Shown here: positions 26,414-40,439 of the stretch, in pieces
Layout of the letters: every line of letters begins with the position of its first letter
How positions within the stretch are numbered: position 1 is the stretch's first letter
Assembly: GCF_001194135.2 (NCBI RefSeq)
Contig: NC_068984.1
Coordinates: 22,314,183-22,378,182, forward strand
Length of the DNA: 64,000 nt
From: Octopus bimaculoides
Taxonomy: Eukaryota
Direction: 5' to 3'
Notes under the pieces: model-generated
Database searches by the model: none
The model's input: only the letters and a program-made list of their open reading frames with translations
Told to the model about the DNA's origin: nothing
Program-made: the position numbers and the translations under genes

Positions 26414-27896
26414 GCAGACACACATATACACACATACATATAATCATATTCACACAAGCACACACATACATTCACACACACACACACCTACATTTAAATT
26501 CTTCCACGTCCTCTCTCACCCTATCTCCATATGTACACCTAACCGTGCGTGCATATTCATCTATCTAGCTATTTATCTTTCTTCTATTCTACCCGTATAG
26601 CGTTTTATGATATATTTTTTTTTTTCATTCATGCATTGAAACTCTCCATGTCTCTTCAATTTGCATGTTACGCGTATTTCTATTACATAATGCAGTATTC
26701 TCCATACTCAACCGTGTCTCCCTCCCACCGTTCTCTCACTTCTAATGTTCCTTGTTTACTTTTCCTGTGATGTTTCTTTCTTACTACCACCCCCAGCCTT
26801 TGTTTCCATTCGCTCTTCCAGCATCTGTTCTCTGTTTCTTTCACTTTTTCATTTTTCCTCCCTCACTGCAGCAATGAATAAACTACGACCTCTGTTTTTC
26901 TTCATCCAATTCACTTCACTACAGCTTTTCAAAATAGTTTTCTTTCTTGAAATTCACAAGTTAATCTACTAATGGTTAATCATGCTCCTTCTTTAGAAAG
27001 TATGTTAACTCATAACAGAAGACTTCTACCTATATTCTCATTCTCCGCCATCCACATGCTAGGTTGTCTTACTATCTAACAATCAACCTACCTATTTACC
27101 TGTTAATCTATTTGTCTTTCATACTTCACATTCAGTCTAGCTTTTATAATGCGGGTAGTTGTAAGCATCGAATTGGCTGAATCATTAGTACGTCGAGTAG
27201 AAATGACTTACAGTAACTACTTAGGTTTTTCTTCGCTTTGAGTTCAAATCCCGCCGAAGTGAACTTTGTCCTCCGTTTTCCTTGCTCTGTATATAAAGTG
27301 CCAGTCAAGTACTAGAGTTGATATTTCTCTTTTAGTCTGTCTATGAGAATAAACTGTATTGCACAACACGAAGGATTATGGGATGCGGAGGGGGTTTAAT
27401 TCACAGTGCCTCTTCCGCTACAATGAGGAAGGGTCTGGCGTGAAGCAAATTTTCGTAGGAAAATTGATACACTGCTGAAACTGTCCATGTTTATTTTCCT
27501 CTCATCATGTCTACATGTCTATTTATGTATCCCTGTTATCTGTATCACCTTCTCCCGTCTGTCATTATGTGTGCGTGTGTGGGTGTGTACACACATCTAC
27601 ACAGATCGATATACAAGTAGAGTACGGAACGGAAATAATGTTCTTTGATTGTCAGGCAGTGCGTGTGCGAGGGTTTTAGTGCTGGTGTGTTTATGTATAT
27701 GCAGCTCTGTTTTTCTCGTTGAGTACCTGCAGGACAGACAGAATTCTCTCCTTTCCTCACTGGTACATAATTTCTCTGATCACCACACACACACACACAC
27801 ACACGAACACACACACACATACTCAGACACACACACATATACGCGCGCATATACACATACACAAACACACAAACATATGCAAATACAAATATATAC

Positions 27897-27979
<83 letters not shown>

Positions 27980-28471
27980 ATTCTCATCAATACATATTGA
28001 TATACAGGCATACGCACACACATATACATGTGTATATATGTGTGTATACATATGTGTGTATATATATATCTGTGTGTGTATAATATATACACATTCACGT
28101 ATACACACATATATACGCATAACTATACATACATGCGTACGTAATATCACGTACACACACACATACACATACCCACCAACATATATATTTCTTTATTATT
28201 ATTTTACTGGTTTAGTCATCAGGCTATAGCTATGCAATAACACTACCTTTAACTGAAAATCAATTATATCATCTACCCACCCCACTCCGTCACTTCCTTC
28301 ATCGATCTTGGAAGGTTGAAAGACAAAGGCGACCTTACTATAATTTAAATTCCGCACGCAAAGACAGCGTTAACTAAATACCACAAGCCATTTAATTTTA
28401 GCCGACACTCCACTAGTACTTCTAACACACACACACACACATATACGAGTATATAGATATATATACACACA

Positions 28472-28622
28472 GAGGCTCGTGGCTTAGTGGTTAGAGTGTT
28501 GCATTTATAATCGTAAGAGTGAAGTTTCGTTTACTGGACTGTGCAATGTGTTGTGCTCTTCAGCAAAACACTTCATTTCACGATGCTCCCATCCATTCAT
28601 CTGAGAAAAATGTTCAATCTTG
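28472..28622 (+). mobile_element. tRNA-derived SINE head plus core, cut by an assembly gap
   Basis: ggctcgtggcttagtggttagagtg...ttgtgctcttcagcaaaacacttcatttcac resembles the family C head and core. Confidence 0.7.
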
Positions 28623-28971
28623 NNNNNNNNNNNNNNNNNNNNNNNNNNNNNNNNNNNNNNNNNNNNNNNNNNNNNNNNNNNNNNNNNNNNNNNNNNNNNN
28701 NNNNNNNNNNNNNNNNNNNNNNNNNNNNNNNNNNNNNNNNNNNNNNNNNNNNNNNNNNNNNNNNNNNNNNNNNNNNNNNNNNNNNNNNNNNNNNNNNNNN
28801 NNNNNNNNNNNNNNNNNNNNNNNNNNNNNNNNNNNNNNNNNNNNNNNNNNNNNNNNNNNNNNNNNNNNNNNNNNNNNNNNNNNNNNNNNNNNNNNNNNNN
28901 NNNNNNNNNNNNNNNNNNNNNNNNNNNNNNNNNNNNNNNNNNNNNNNNNNNNNNNNNNNNNNNNNNNNNNN

Positions 28972-29024
<53 letters not shown>

Positions 29025-29980
29025 AGAAAAAATAGGCAGTCAGAATTTTGGACAATTCCTTATTAGCGCTTTCGTTCGTTTATCGAATTTGACAAGACAA
29101 AATCAAAATGATAAAAACAAAATGTTTCGTTGTTCATTTATATGAATCGGATGCATTTTCGATTTGTTTAGAAGAGAAGAAAAATGTTTTTTACCCCTCT
29201 TTCTTGACTGTCCTGAAACCCCCCCTCTCTCTCTCTGCGTTATGTGAATAACTACCAGCTAACTTTGTCTATTTGTATTTGCTAAGTAAATACTGAACAC
29301 CCACTCAGAAGAGTAAATACAGAGTTGAAACGCACTCCGTATAGTCAGGGATCATAGTGGGAAGCAAGGTTTTCAATTGCTATGAAATACGCTTTCTTAA
29401 TCAGGAAATATTGTGCTAGTTCTTCTAAGATAATACTGAAAACTTAGCCGCATGCGGACACATACACATACATCATAGTCAGCGTGGATTACTGCAAGAG
29501 TCCCATAATATTGTGTTGTTCGCCTTGAGAAAGAATCTCGTATAGTCATATAGTGCTAAAAAGCGGAGACGTACCAGTAGCAGAAGAAAATTATTTGGCT
29601 AGCATGCCGTGATAGTGGATACCTATTGCCGATGACGTAAATGCAGTAAAATCATGTGATCTAGCATTTCCTAACTAGATTTGGACCCCTTTTATGTTTT
29701 GGCTGCTTCTGATAATTCTGTGCTTTTTAGCACTGTGCGTCTATATGAGATGCTCTCAGGAAACGAATACTACAGTAGTGTCATTCTTACAGTATATCCA
29801 CCTTAACTAGGCTATACAGATTGCTATTCAGCACTACTACTTCCGTCGCCACATACAAACACACGCACGCGTGTGAGTCCTACAAATCACAAACCTTCCT
29901 TTCATCTTAAAAGAAATCTTGCTCCGAAATAATCTTGCTCTGGTTGCTGCAGGTCAAATGTTTTCCTCTGGTTTTGTCAG

Positions 29981-30097
29981 GAAACAAGACAGCGGCCTTG
30001 ATACTTGTAATGGCCTCCAAGGAAGGTTTCATAAAAGCCGGAGACGTGCACCAAATATTTGCAACATAATGGGCTCCTTTGCTAAATATATCAAAGG
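29981..30097 (+). other. Candidate spliced exon (117 nt) of an unidentified transcript
   Basis: Pyrimidine-rich acceptor ttttcctctggttttgtcag|, consensus donor GG|GTAAGT at 30098; one frame is open throughout (KQDSGLDTC...MGSFAKYIK); ataATGG gives a good start context. Confidence 0.35.
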
Positions 30098-30684
30098 GTA
30101 AGTCCGTGGCTTTGAAACGGATGAAAGATTGTCTACCACCTTAGTAATCTATAGTAGCATTTGAAATCAAAATGTCAAGAGCTGCAACAAGCTCTTAAAA
30201 AAGCTTAACAGCTCTAAAGATTCTGCTAATTCACTACCCTAGAGTGGAAATTTATTATGCTGATATCAGAAGGGCGAAGGACAAAAACCGACCTCGCTAG
30301 GATTCGAAATAATGTAAGGAGCCAGAGAATAGACAACAAAGGATTTCATCTGAAGGTGTTAACAGCTCTACCAACTTTTTTCTCTATGCAAATAGACAAC
30401 AGAAGACTTTTTGTCATTTAATAGCAATCAAACAAGTCATTATTGAGTTAGTAACTTCAGGAACGATTTATCCTTTTGGCTTCTTTTATATCTACAACTA
30501 TACCTATCTTATTTACCATCTGGGTTTTGTTTTTCGTATTTTCTTTAGCATTGTTTCTTATGATGTTGTACTGTTCAGCCATGTTGTTTATAGAAACGCT
30601 CTGCTTGGCCAATTACATTTTAACACAATCATGAACAAAAGGTTCCTTGAAGCTACGTGATCAAAAGAATAATTAATTCCTTAA

Positions 30685-31037
30685 CCTCTTAACATATTAA
30701 TCCCGTATATTTTCGTTCAGAGATGTCTTGTAAATATTTATTTGAACGAAAATATACGTTCACTGTGGTATCTGTCACTCTGTGGTATCTGTCACTCTGA
30801 GGTATCTGTCACTCTGAGGTATCTGTCACTTATTTCTAACCCAAAGTAATTCGTTCATGATGTTATTTCTGTTTCTATCATTACCGACCAGTAACTATAA
30901 TTTCTATCGTTAGCTCTATTAATAAATCATAACTGATCCAAAGTAATCTGTATACTTATTCTTCCTTACATACAGATTTAAAATAATAAAAAATATGATA
31001 TTTGCATGAAGATTGAAAAAATGTATATGTTAAGAGG
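30685..31037. mobile_element. piggyBac-type non-autonomous element (MITE), 353 bp
   Basis: TTAA at 30681-30684 and 31038-31041; perfect 13-bp TIRs CCTCTTAACATAT/ATATGTTAAGAGG starting with CC; internal 16-bp inverted repeat and a 4 x 17-bp tandem array. Confidence 0.8.
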
Positions 31038-33849
31038 TTAACAAGGCAAAGTATTTTGACATTAATTTCAGATATATTCATTGAAATTTAATAAATTTGC
31101 GACTATTTCCGCTGGTTGTCTCTGGTGTATGTATGCATATTTCTGTCCATATGTTAACCATCATCTTGTGCTTAATCGGCACGATAAATTTTGGAAAACC
31201 ACTCGGATAAAAAGCAATCTAAGGGCGCTTAATTAAAGCCAGTCAAGGACGTTGAAAAATGTGGATATATATGTGCATGTGCTTATGTTTGTTCATATAT
31301 GCATGTAAAAGCAAATGGAAGAATCATTTGTCACTATGAAGCTTGATACGCTCTTTTTGCGTAGTAATTTGCCTGCAGACATTTCGTGGTCAAGGGCGGT
31401 TATTACCTGCATTTCTCAAAATGAAATACCACCGTAGTTTCCTTGTTCAAGAATGAACGCAGACGTTGTTGCAAAGGAAGAACTGGTCACGATACCCCGG
31501 GTGCTGCATATTCCATTGACGTGCCAACGGTATCTACAAATAATCCTTATGTTGGTGTGAATTTAACAGAAGAGCAATGTTTTTACAGACAACATTGCAC
31601 ATACTGCAACGACATTTAGGAAAGCTGCTACTCACATTTAATATGTTCCTCAAAACATAAATGTGACATAACTATAACATTTACGGTCGAATCTTGAATA
31701 TTTCTTTCATTCAGTGTCAAATATTAGGTATTTCGTAGTTTTGGACTGCAAGTGCATGGCCTTCGAAACGAAAAGATAACGTTTATATGGATATTGACAT
31801 GAATGGCTATATTTGTAAAATACACCTCTAGCCCAGATTGACTGTCTTCCTTATCTGTATAATTTCCTGCTGCTGGTCTGCATTAATCTCTGTGTGCATG
31901 TTTTGTAAGAGAGTGAATGTCTTGTATGTATGTGTTCTTGTATATGTGCATTTGTGCACATGTTTGAGAGTATGTTTAGTGTCTATGATCATGTGCTTGT
32001 GTACGTATGCGCATGCGTGATTGTTTACGCTCACGTGGTTACTAGTAACTCCCCTTGAACCAAACATTTGGCAGAAATATTTTTCGTAGATGACTGAGCT
32101 CATGTTTGTATAACGAAAATAGTGGATGTTAGACAATATCTTTCTCGGTAGAACACTAAACAAGAACGCAGGTTAACGTCTGTAGATATGTAACCATTTC
32201 TTTTAACTCACTTCTTATGTCTGGCTCTTTAATAGTAAAAGTTATTTATATGCTCTCAACGTACAAATTTGTCGGGAAGAAGTATACGACAATGTGTGCC
32301 GCCTCCCTCTCAAGGGCATTAACAGAATGAGCAATTTCATAATGTATCTTACTTGCTCAGAAAACTTCTTACATACCACTACAAGATGAAACAAACTGCT
32401 TTTTTTCTCTTTTTCAAGTTACAAGCTATAAAGAATTAAGGGAGAAATTTTCGTACGAGTATATACAATGTAAGACTCGGCTTGTGGAACATAGATTAAT
32501 TAAGTAAATTTTAAATCTTCCATGGTGAGTTAGCTGTTATAAACGCGTTCTATTTACATATTGGTTGTAACGTTATCGAACCCAAGGGATGAAACACAAG
32601 TTAATTTCAAACTGTTAAGTATTCGGAATCGCGTCGGAGGAAACAAGATATTTCAGTTGATGTATATTCTGTCTATATATATTAATTCCGCAATATTTTA
32701 TTTGTTTTAAAATATGAACAAAGACAATGTGTTCTAGAAATAAGATGTGTACGGTATTGACGTCTTCGCCGAAGGCGAAGTGAAATTATTGCAGTCGAGA
32801 ATTAAAATTGCTCGTACTCCCATGTTAGCCGGAACTTACTGTCTGGACTAGGATGTTGGTCATATAACACCTTATTACTAAATTCACCTTGTCAATTTAT
32901 TGCAGTTCTTTCTATTCAGAGAACGAATGAAGAGAAAGGGGAAGGGAGGATAAAAAAGAGACACGCACAGATTGCTCTAGCACTTTTTGTCTTGTAATTA
33001 ACGGTCAATACTGTCTCTGTTACCAATAATATTAAATCTCTTTCGTGTTTTTCATCATCATTTTTAATTCATAAGACAAATAGAAAATGGAAGTGTATTC
33101 AGTTTTGCCAGACACTCACAGAATGGCAAAGAGATAACTAGATAACAGGAATGTAATTAACGTTACTATGAGTAATCGTAACTTGGTGATTGAGGAACGA
33201 ACCATGACAAATATGAAGACGTGCTGGGGAAACTATTCAGTGTGAAGTCTGCGAAAACATACTGAGGGGGGAGGTATGTGAAAGAATATAGAATAATTAA
33301 CACATTTAAGATAGTTTCATGCCAGAAATTTTATATTGGGTAGGGAGTTTTGGTAGGATCAGTAGAAATAAACCTGAAGAAAACAAAGTCAGATGCCATA
33401 ACTAGCGGTGTAGTCTTCCCTTGCTTTAGATGACCTCATGGTTTGTAATACAGCAGTAACATCACTCTTATTTTGTAGTGATGCTGGTGGAGAATAATAT
33501 TGTTTCAAATACTGAAGGTCTACTGAAAACATTACGAATTCATTTATGTGGATGTATATTTAATACAAGTTGTATATTCCCGCGGTATTTGGCCCTTAAA
33601 ATCAACCGAAGAACTGCAAAGTAGGGATTTCTTTAACAGGAGTCTCAAAGGAATTCGAACCCCCGTATCAACCGCGATTCCGACCATCACAGAACGCAGG
33701 CCAATAGCGTAGCATTTATTATTACCAAGTAATTTGTGATGATTTCAAGTACAGTGAAATGACAATAGCTACATAATTGAATTATATATTAATACAAGTA
33801 ATTAATCATAGTGAAAACAAATGAATAAAATTATTCATTTGGGTTTGAA

Positions 33850-34240
33850 AAAAAAAAGAAGACAATGACTGAAAGAAGAAAAGAAAAAAGAAGAAATAGA
33901 AGCAAAGGAAAAAGACGAAAAGGAAGAACCAGAAGACGAAGACAAAGAGGGGAGCAAGAAGAACAAGACGAAGGTGACGAAGAAGAAGAGGAAAGAGAGA
34001 GAATGGGGAGAGGGAGAGAGGATGGAGGAGGAGAAGAAGAAGAAGCAGAAGAAGAAGAAGAAGAAGAAGAAGAAGAAGAAGAAGAAGAAGAAGAGAAAAG
34101 GAAAAATGAAGTAGAGAAAGAACACGTAGTGTAAAGAAGAAAATGGAAAGAAAGAAAAGGAAGGAGAAAAAAATGAAAAAGAAGAAGCAAAGGGAGAAGG
34201 AAAGAAAGGAAAGATGAGAAAAGGAGGAATAAGAAACATC
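33850..34240. repeat. Polypurine (GAA)n-rich low-complexity tract
   Basis: Almost entirely A/G on the plus strand, including a pure (GAA)n run at ~34047-34093; the poly-E/S/F/L ORFs here are artefacts. Confidence 0.9.
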
Positions 34241-35612
34241 ACTAACGGATTGTTTATTTAACAAACGATTATTATGTATCGTTTTTGCAGTTAATCTCAA
34301 TATGTTTTCGTTGAAATTTTGACAACATACTTTGTATACAAACTAAGCTTTTGTTATAGTACTCAGTGACCGGCTATCAATAATGCAGTTCTCATGGTTT
34401 AGCTGCCATAAATTAATCCCTCTGCCACCCAAACACCCAACCACAAACCGTTCTATATATTTTTCGTATCGTTCTTGGTTTATTACAACACATTTCTTTG
34501 TTCTAAAACACATTGGAATGTTGGAAATGTTTACTACTATATTGCAACTGATAGTTCATCAGAAGTTGTTGATATTTTTTGGTGTTTTTTTTCTCGTACA
34601 AACAACATTGCTTTTGTTTTTGTTGATATTTTTGAAGTTACTGAGTGAACTTTGTCTTTTCTTCTAGCCTCTAATTTCTTCTATTTTTTCTCACTCCAAC
34701 TACCTGACCTGTTCATTTATATTGATTTCCTACATTTGCACAAAGCTAGAAATTTGCAGCTGTTGGTCAGTTTAACGGGATTGCTTTGTAGTGCTTCAAG
34801 GCATGAACTAACTGGAGTTTTAGGGGTGCCTTCGTCACATACAGCGTGTCAGGGGCATCTAAATCTCGCTGAATCTATTCCTTCTCTAGACTCCACTACA
34901 GCAAATTTCTTCCATTGAGACATACAGACAGACACAGGAGAGAAACACAGTAACAATGGCCACGGGTAGTGGACTACTACTTTACCAAACTTGAGGTGAT
35001 AAAATGTAAAGATGACCAAGGTGAAATTTGAACTCACACCGCAGAGAGAACTAACAAATATTGCAAACAATTGTAACGATGCTCTGAGTTCTCTCCTAAT
35101 TTTCAGCTTGTTATTTACTTTTATTTGACGTCAGAGTCTTCACAGGGTTTTAACACATAACATAACAGAAAATTTCGCACCCATCCTGCAACTCGATTTT
35201 TTTTTCTTTCCATTACCTTATAATTAAGACCTGCTGGCAACTGATTACAAAATAGCAGCTGCTCGAATAACAATTAGACTTAATCTTTCGCCTGTTGTAA
35301 TAGCTATTTAATCTTTCCTCCAACTCATCTCGCATTTCTTGAAAACTTTCATAGGCACTCCCTTTCTTTCTACGACTATGCCATAAAAATGAAAATAGTG
35401 AATGAAAGGTCGACAGCATAAATACAAGCATCATTACCGTATAATCTCCAGAACCAAAATATTTCTCTTAGTGTTAAAGAAATATCACTGATACACACGG
35501 AACAGACGCCTCTAAGAGCAGGTAACTTTAACTAGAGCCCTGCTGGAGGGGCACTAACTTTTTGTATCAGTCTAGCTAACAGCCCGAGGGAAACAACTTG
35601 CGGGTTAATTGT

Positions 35613-35795
35613 ATTGCCATAGAGGTTGGAGCCAGAGATGTTTAGGGCAAATCTGCTTACCATCTAATGAAACAATACTCAGTCTCTGAGAAGAACCGGA
35701 CCAAAGTTCTAAAGGCAATATCAAAGATAGCGGAGAGATGTTCCAGCTAGATATGGTCAAGGAGGAACAAAAACAACCTCCATACTCTTTGAAAG
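35613..35795 (+). mobile_element. RLE-type non-LTR retrotransposon C-terminal fragment (Hero/R2-like)
   Basis: IAIEVGARDV*GKSAYHLMKQYSVSEKNRTKVLKAISKIAERCSS*IWSRR matches the EVG-RG...AE--S-W-W-RR terminus as I recall it for Hero-like elements. Confidence 0.6.
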
Positions 35796-36379
35796 CGATA
35801 TTTTTGTATTTTAACGCAAAATGAATTGACTTTGAGTGAATCATTGCGATAGTGTTGACGTTTCACCCCTACCATGATAACCATGTTATTTCTTCTTTTA
35901 GTTTAAGTTTGAAAGCTTGTAAACGGGAAGGGGTAACCAGATAAAAATCTCCAAGCGGTTTATATGCACAAGCCTCTGATATCAAAGTGTGCTAAAAAGT
36001 GTCAGCAGAAGGGCACCCAGGTATCATGACGTGGATGCGGCCGGCCCCTCCTTAGAGTGTAAAGAGTTAAGAGCCGAAACACTTGCTTGAGTGGGGTTAC
36101 TTCTCTGAAGTTCGGCAGTTCAAATCTCTTGAGAGTTTGTTACCACTAGCATCTCTCATATTCTCATAGTTATATTTCACTACATGCATACAAAATGTGC
36201 CTCTCAGAAAATGAGCAACCAGATGCTGAAGTTGTAAAATAGTGCTCGTTCTCCCTTAGAATTACCAAAAAGCCGGTAGTATTCGAAGTCTAGGCTTAGG
36301 CATTCATCGTGTGTGAAAAGTATGTACTTCTGCACTGGTCCCTTTCTAAACATACTCCTTCCTGTTGGTTCTATTTATT

Positions 36380-36419
<40 letters not shown>

Positions 36420-37254
36420 CATTAGCGTATCGGGCGAACTGGTTACCGGCGATTTGTCCTTGTTACAACATTTTAAAAATATATATATATTATTTATATA
36501 TATTTTATTAAATTTGTTTGACAGTATTGTTAAAAGTAGTAGTGGCGCCCTGTAAGAAAACCTGGTATGATAGCAAGATATACAAATTTAAATGAGAAAC
36601 AATAAAATAAGAAATTATTTTCTCTAATTTATGGCATACTAGCTGAATGACCCGGGCTACTGCAGTTCTTATTCAGATTAGTAAACAATGAATATGGAGA
36701 TATATTCTCATAATTATTTCAAAATATCTATACTTTATTAGAAAATATCCAAATTGTAATGATAACAGAAATTCGAATTGAAAATCTGTCAATGTTGAAG
36801 CACCTCAGGGTAAACAATATTCATTGTGTAATTTTTTGTTGGTATCAAAATGAGTAAACTGTTGCTGCCTCCAACTCGCGAGCAAACAACATAGAGCTAG
36901 CCATGTGAGAAGCATGTAGTAGAGAGATAAAGTCCAACTACCATGAGGGATTGACCCTGCGATTCGTTTATTGATTTACTAAAACTTAGTTTGACTGGAA
37001 ACTGAAGCGTCTTAAATTCAAAAGGAACATGTGTAGGTGTGAGAAGAATTTTTGGAATAAATATATTTTCTCCTTTGTCATAATTGTTGCTTCTAGGACA
37101 TGGAAAGCATCTTGGAGATCAACATAATTTTTAGCCCTTAACTTTGTTGTTATCTCGAGTACGAATGAGATTTTCATGGGGATCACCTGCCATAAGGATG
37201 GCTACTTCATTAGATGTGGGCTCATTAAAACGGCGTAACCGGGAAACGCACATA

Positions 37255-37939
37255 TTCACAGACACATACCCATACGCATATGTATATGTATGTGTAGAAG
37301 TGTGTATGTGTGTGTGTATTTAATTGTTTGAGGCCTAATGATTAACAATTACCACACACACTCGCACACACTTACGCTCTCACATACATTTACATACATA
37401 TATTAAGACACACGCACACACAGACATATATTCATGCACACCTCAGCCCTATCTCTGTCCTTCTGTGTGTATGTGTGTGTCTCTCTCTTTAGATGTGTGT
37501 GTGTGTGTGCACCAGTCGTGAAAAATGTATGAATACTCATACACACATATACTTCTCAGTCATCGCCCTAACGTACGTAACGAACGCGCAAATACACACA
37601 CACACACTAACAGACACATGCACACTAGTACACATACGTATATGTATGTGTAGATGTGTATGTTTTTAATTGTCTGAACCCTAATGTATAAACATTATCA
37701 CACATACAATCTGACATGCACTCACATACATATACTAAGACAGACACACCCAGGCATACAATCATGCACACCTCAGGCCTATCTTTGTCTCTCACTGTGT
37801 CACTTTCTGTCTTTAGATGTGTGCATGTGTGTGTGTCAGTCGTCCCAAAAATGTAGGTATACTGACACACTCAGACACCCTCACATACACTCAGATATAT
37901 GTCTCAATTATCGGCTTAACGTACGTAACGAACGCACAG

Positions 37940-37985
<46 letters not shown>
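37255..37985. repeat. Diverged tandem duplication of a ~360-bp microsatellite-rich unit (2 copies)
   Basis: Shared ordered anchors in both halves: ttttaattgt, cctaatg, tcatgcacacctcag, ctttagatgtgtg, cagtcgt...aaaaatgta, taacgtacgtaacgaacgc. Confidence 0.8.
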
Positions 37986-37990
<5 letters not shown>

Positions 37991-38208
37991 GAAAATGTGA
38001 GGTTGTTGTCGAGGTGGTATAAAATGTTGTTTACGACAGATGACTTACAGAAAGATTATAATGTTCAATTTTTGTAATGCAAATATGTAACTGGAAATAA
38101 GGTTTATTTGGTAGCCGAAAGATTACTGAAAATTTGGATACCATAATCGTCAAAACCGGCAACTAAGTTTTCGAATGCATAAGGAACATACACAAATTTA
38201 CAGACACA

Positions 38209-38250
<42 letters not shown>

Positions 38251-40439
38251 CTGTTTTATATATTAAGATGAAGCCGCTTACTAACGGTTTGAATATATGC
38301 TATTAAAACGTCAGAGAGCTTCTGGAGAACATTCAAGTTCAAATTCATTCCATGACCCCTAAACAGTTGCTTGATGCAAATCACGAAGCTTGTTATAAAA
38401 GATATCTCTTGGTGGGGATGCACAGAAGTGTAGATTTTCAGATATGTGGAAGAACGGCTGCAAGACGCAGTGGATGCTGGCAATGAAGGGTATATAAAGA
38501 CCGTTCATGTTAGTGTTGAAGCAGACCAAAGATGAAAGCTATCCTGGCTTTCACCACCGTCTTTTTCTATATCAGGACTACATGATCCAATGTGTACTTC
38601 TTTTAGACAGTGGTGCTTCCAATGAAAGACATTTATTTGTGATTTATCGCTGATTAAGTGACTGGACTGCGCAGTGACTGCCACCGTAAACCTTTGGATA
38701 ACATTTATGCTATCCTCAAACACATAGCATTCCTTTGACTGTCTCCAGAATATTGATATAAAACAATTTTAGGACCGTGAACTAGTGCCGTTGTTAATGC
38801 CTCTTAGAATGATACCTAATTCTGTTTTATTAATAATAATTTCGAAGTTCCAAAAATTCATTGAATTAAGATTTTTCTACGGTTGTGCATACTGTCTGTT
38901 GGAGACGGTATTTTTTGAAGAGAGAAAAAAACTAAGAAGAACAATTTTTATTATAGCTTTATCAGAATTCGTTTTCGACAGTGCAACTTATTTCACACAA
39001 TCATCGATTATTCTTAGACCCTTAATGGAGTTAGATAAATGGACGCTAAATGTATTTAGTTTCCAGCCTAAAACTGTAATATTTATAATTGAATACAAGG
39101 CCACGATTCCATTTATTGAGAAAATTGGAGGGTTTAGGGATATAATGCTATTGCTACTCCCATGAAGGGTTCTTCTGGGCATTATATTTACTTCTTTACT
39201 GCACTAAATAGAGCTTTTAGATAAGAATGATGGAGTTTACCGCCATAACGCACCGACTGACTTCATTAAAGATAAGCTATATTTATTTATTTGTTTTCAT
39301 ATATTTTTATCTATCCTTACATCTGAAAATCTTCCTCTGTATCCTGTATCAACAGTTTAACACACGCTTACATAGATACATACTCTTTATTACACATACA
39401 CAAACTCACATGTACATTTAAGAACTCATATACATACATACTCCTACAAACTTGTATATATAGATTTTTGCACTTAAATATATAACGCAGAAAACAGTTA
39501 TCTACATTGCGTATGCTTCTCTAAATATAATTATTGTATAAAAGCGTGTATATGTTCGTCTGGTTATGGGTGTATAACTAAGAATGTGACCCGACTACGG
39601 CGGTAATTTGGTAAAACGTTAAGGGTAGTTTACATACTAAAGCAGGTATAGTGGTAGTATTACAGTTTTTAATCTATTGCGGAGGCTATTTGTACGTAAT
39701 GCATTAGTTTTAAGTTTACTAATCGTAAGGTCTGATGTATATAGATGCATTTACTAAAGTACTAATGTAGTCTTAATTTGTATGCAGTGCTTTAGATTCA
39801 AGGGTAGTAATTATAAATGTGGCTAGGAGCAAGTGTGGTTAGGAACAGGAGTGGTTTTGTGATAAGATGCTTGCTTCCAAACAACATGGTTCGGTGTTCA
39901 GTCCCACTACATGGCTCCTTGGGCAAGTGTCTTCTATTACAACCTCGGGCAAACCAAGTCTTGTGAGTGGATTTGGTAGACGTAAACTTAAAGAAGCCTG
40001 TCGTGTATATGTCTGTATGTATGTATATATGTATATATATATATATATATATATANNNNNNNNNNNNNNNNNNNNNNNNNNNNNNNNNNNNNNNNNNNNN
40101 NNNNNNNNNNNNNNNATGCATTAGAAGCCATAATATAAGAGTCAGTAAGAACAAATGTATTGACATATTTATTATAGAAGATTAACAGAACTTTGAGACT
40201 AGATGTTTTACACATATTTAGATATATCGAATATCTACTTTTCGTAAATATTTCAAGTGAATGGAATAAATATTTCGTAAGTTATGAGGAAATAAACAAA
40301 TAATCGTCCAAACTGCAACGGCCAAAAGTTAAGGGTCACTTAGAAAGACAATGAAAAATGGAACAGGAACAAAAAAGAAACCCTCACTATTAATATTTTG
40401 TAAACATCCCTTTACTATCAATGATCTCCTGACATCTCT

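Noticed and set aside
30152-30169. miR-29-like string tagtagcatttgaaatca
   Set aside because: Seed mismatches and no precursor hairpin.
30253-30266. miR-1993-like string tattatgctgatat
   Set aside because: It lies in a degenerate family A SINE, diverges after 14 nt and has no star arm.
30763-30830. Regular 17-bp repeats as a CRISPR-like array
   Set aside because: The units are contiguous with no spacers; this is a minisatellite inside a MITE.
33640-33715. B-box-containing segment as a tRNA gene (likewise all SINE heads)
   Set aside because: No complete cloverleaf; these are tRNA-derived SINE heads.
33806-34300. Long poly-L/F/S/E ORFs
   Set aside because: They are translations of the (GAA)n polypurine tract.
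38380-38760. Possible Academ-like remnant (QDAVDAGNEGYIKTV)
   Set aside because: Motif matches are partial and require frameshifts; not supportable without a search.
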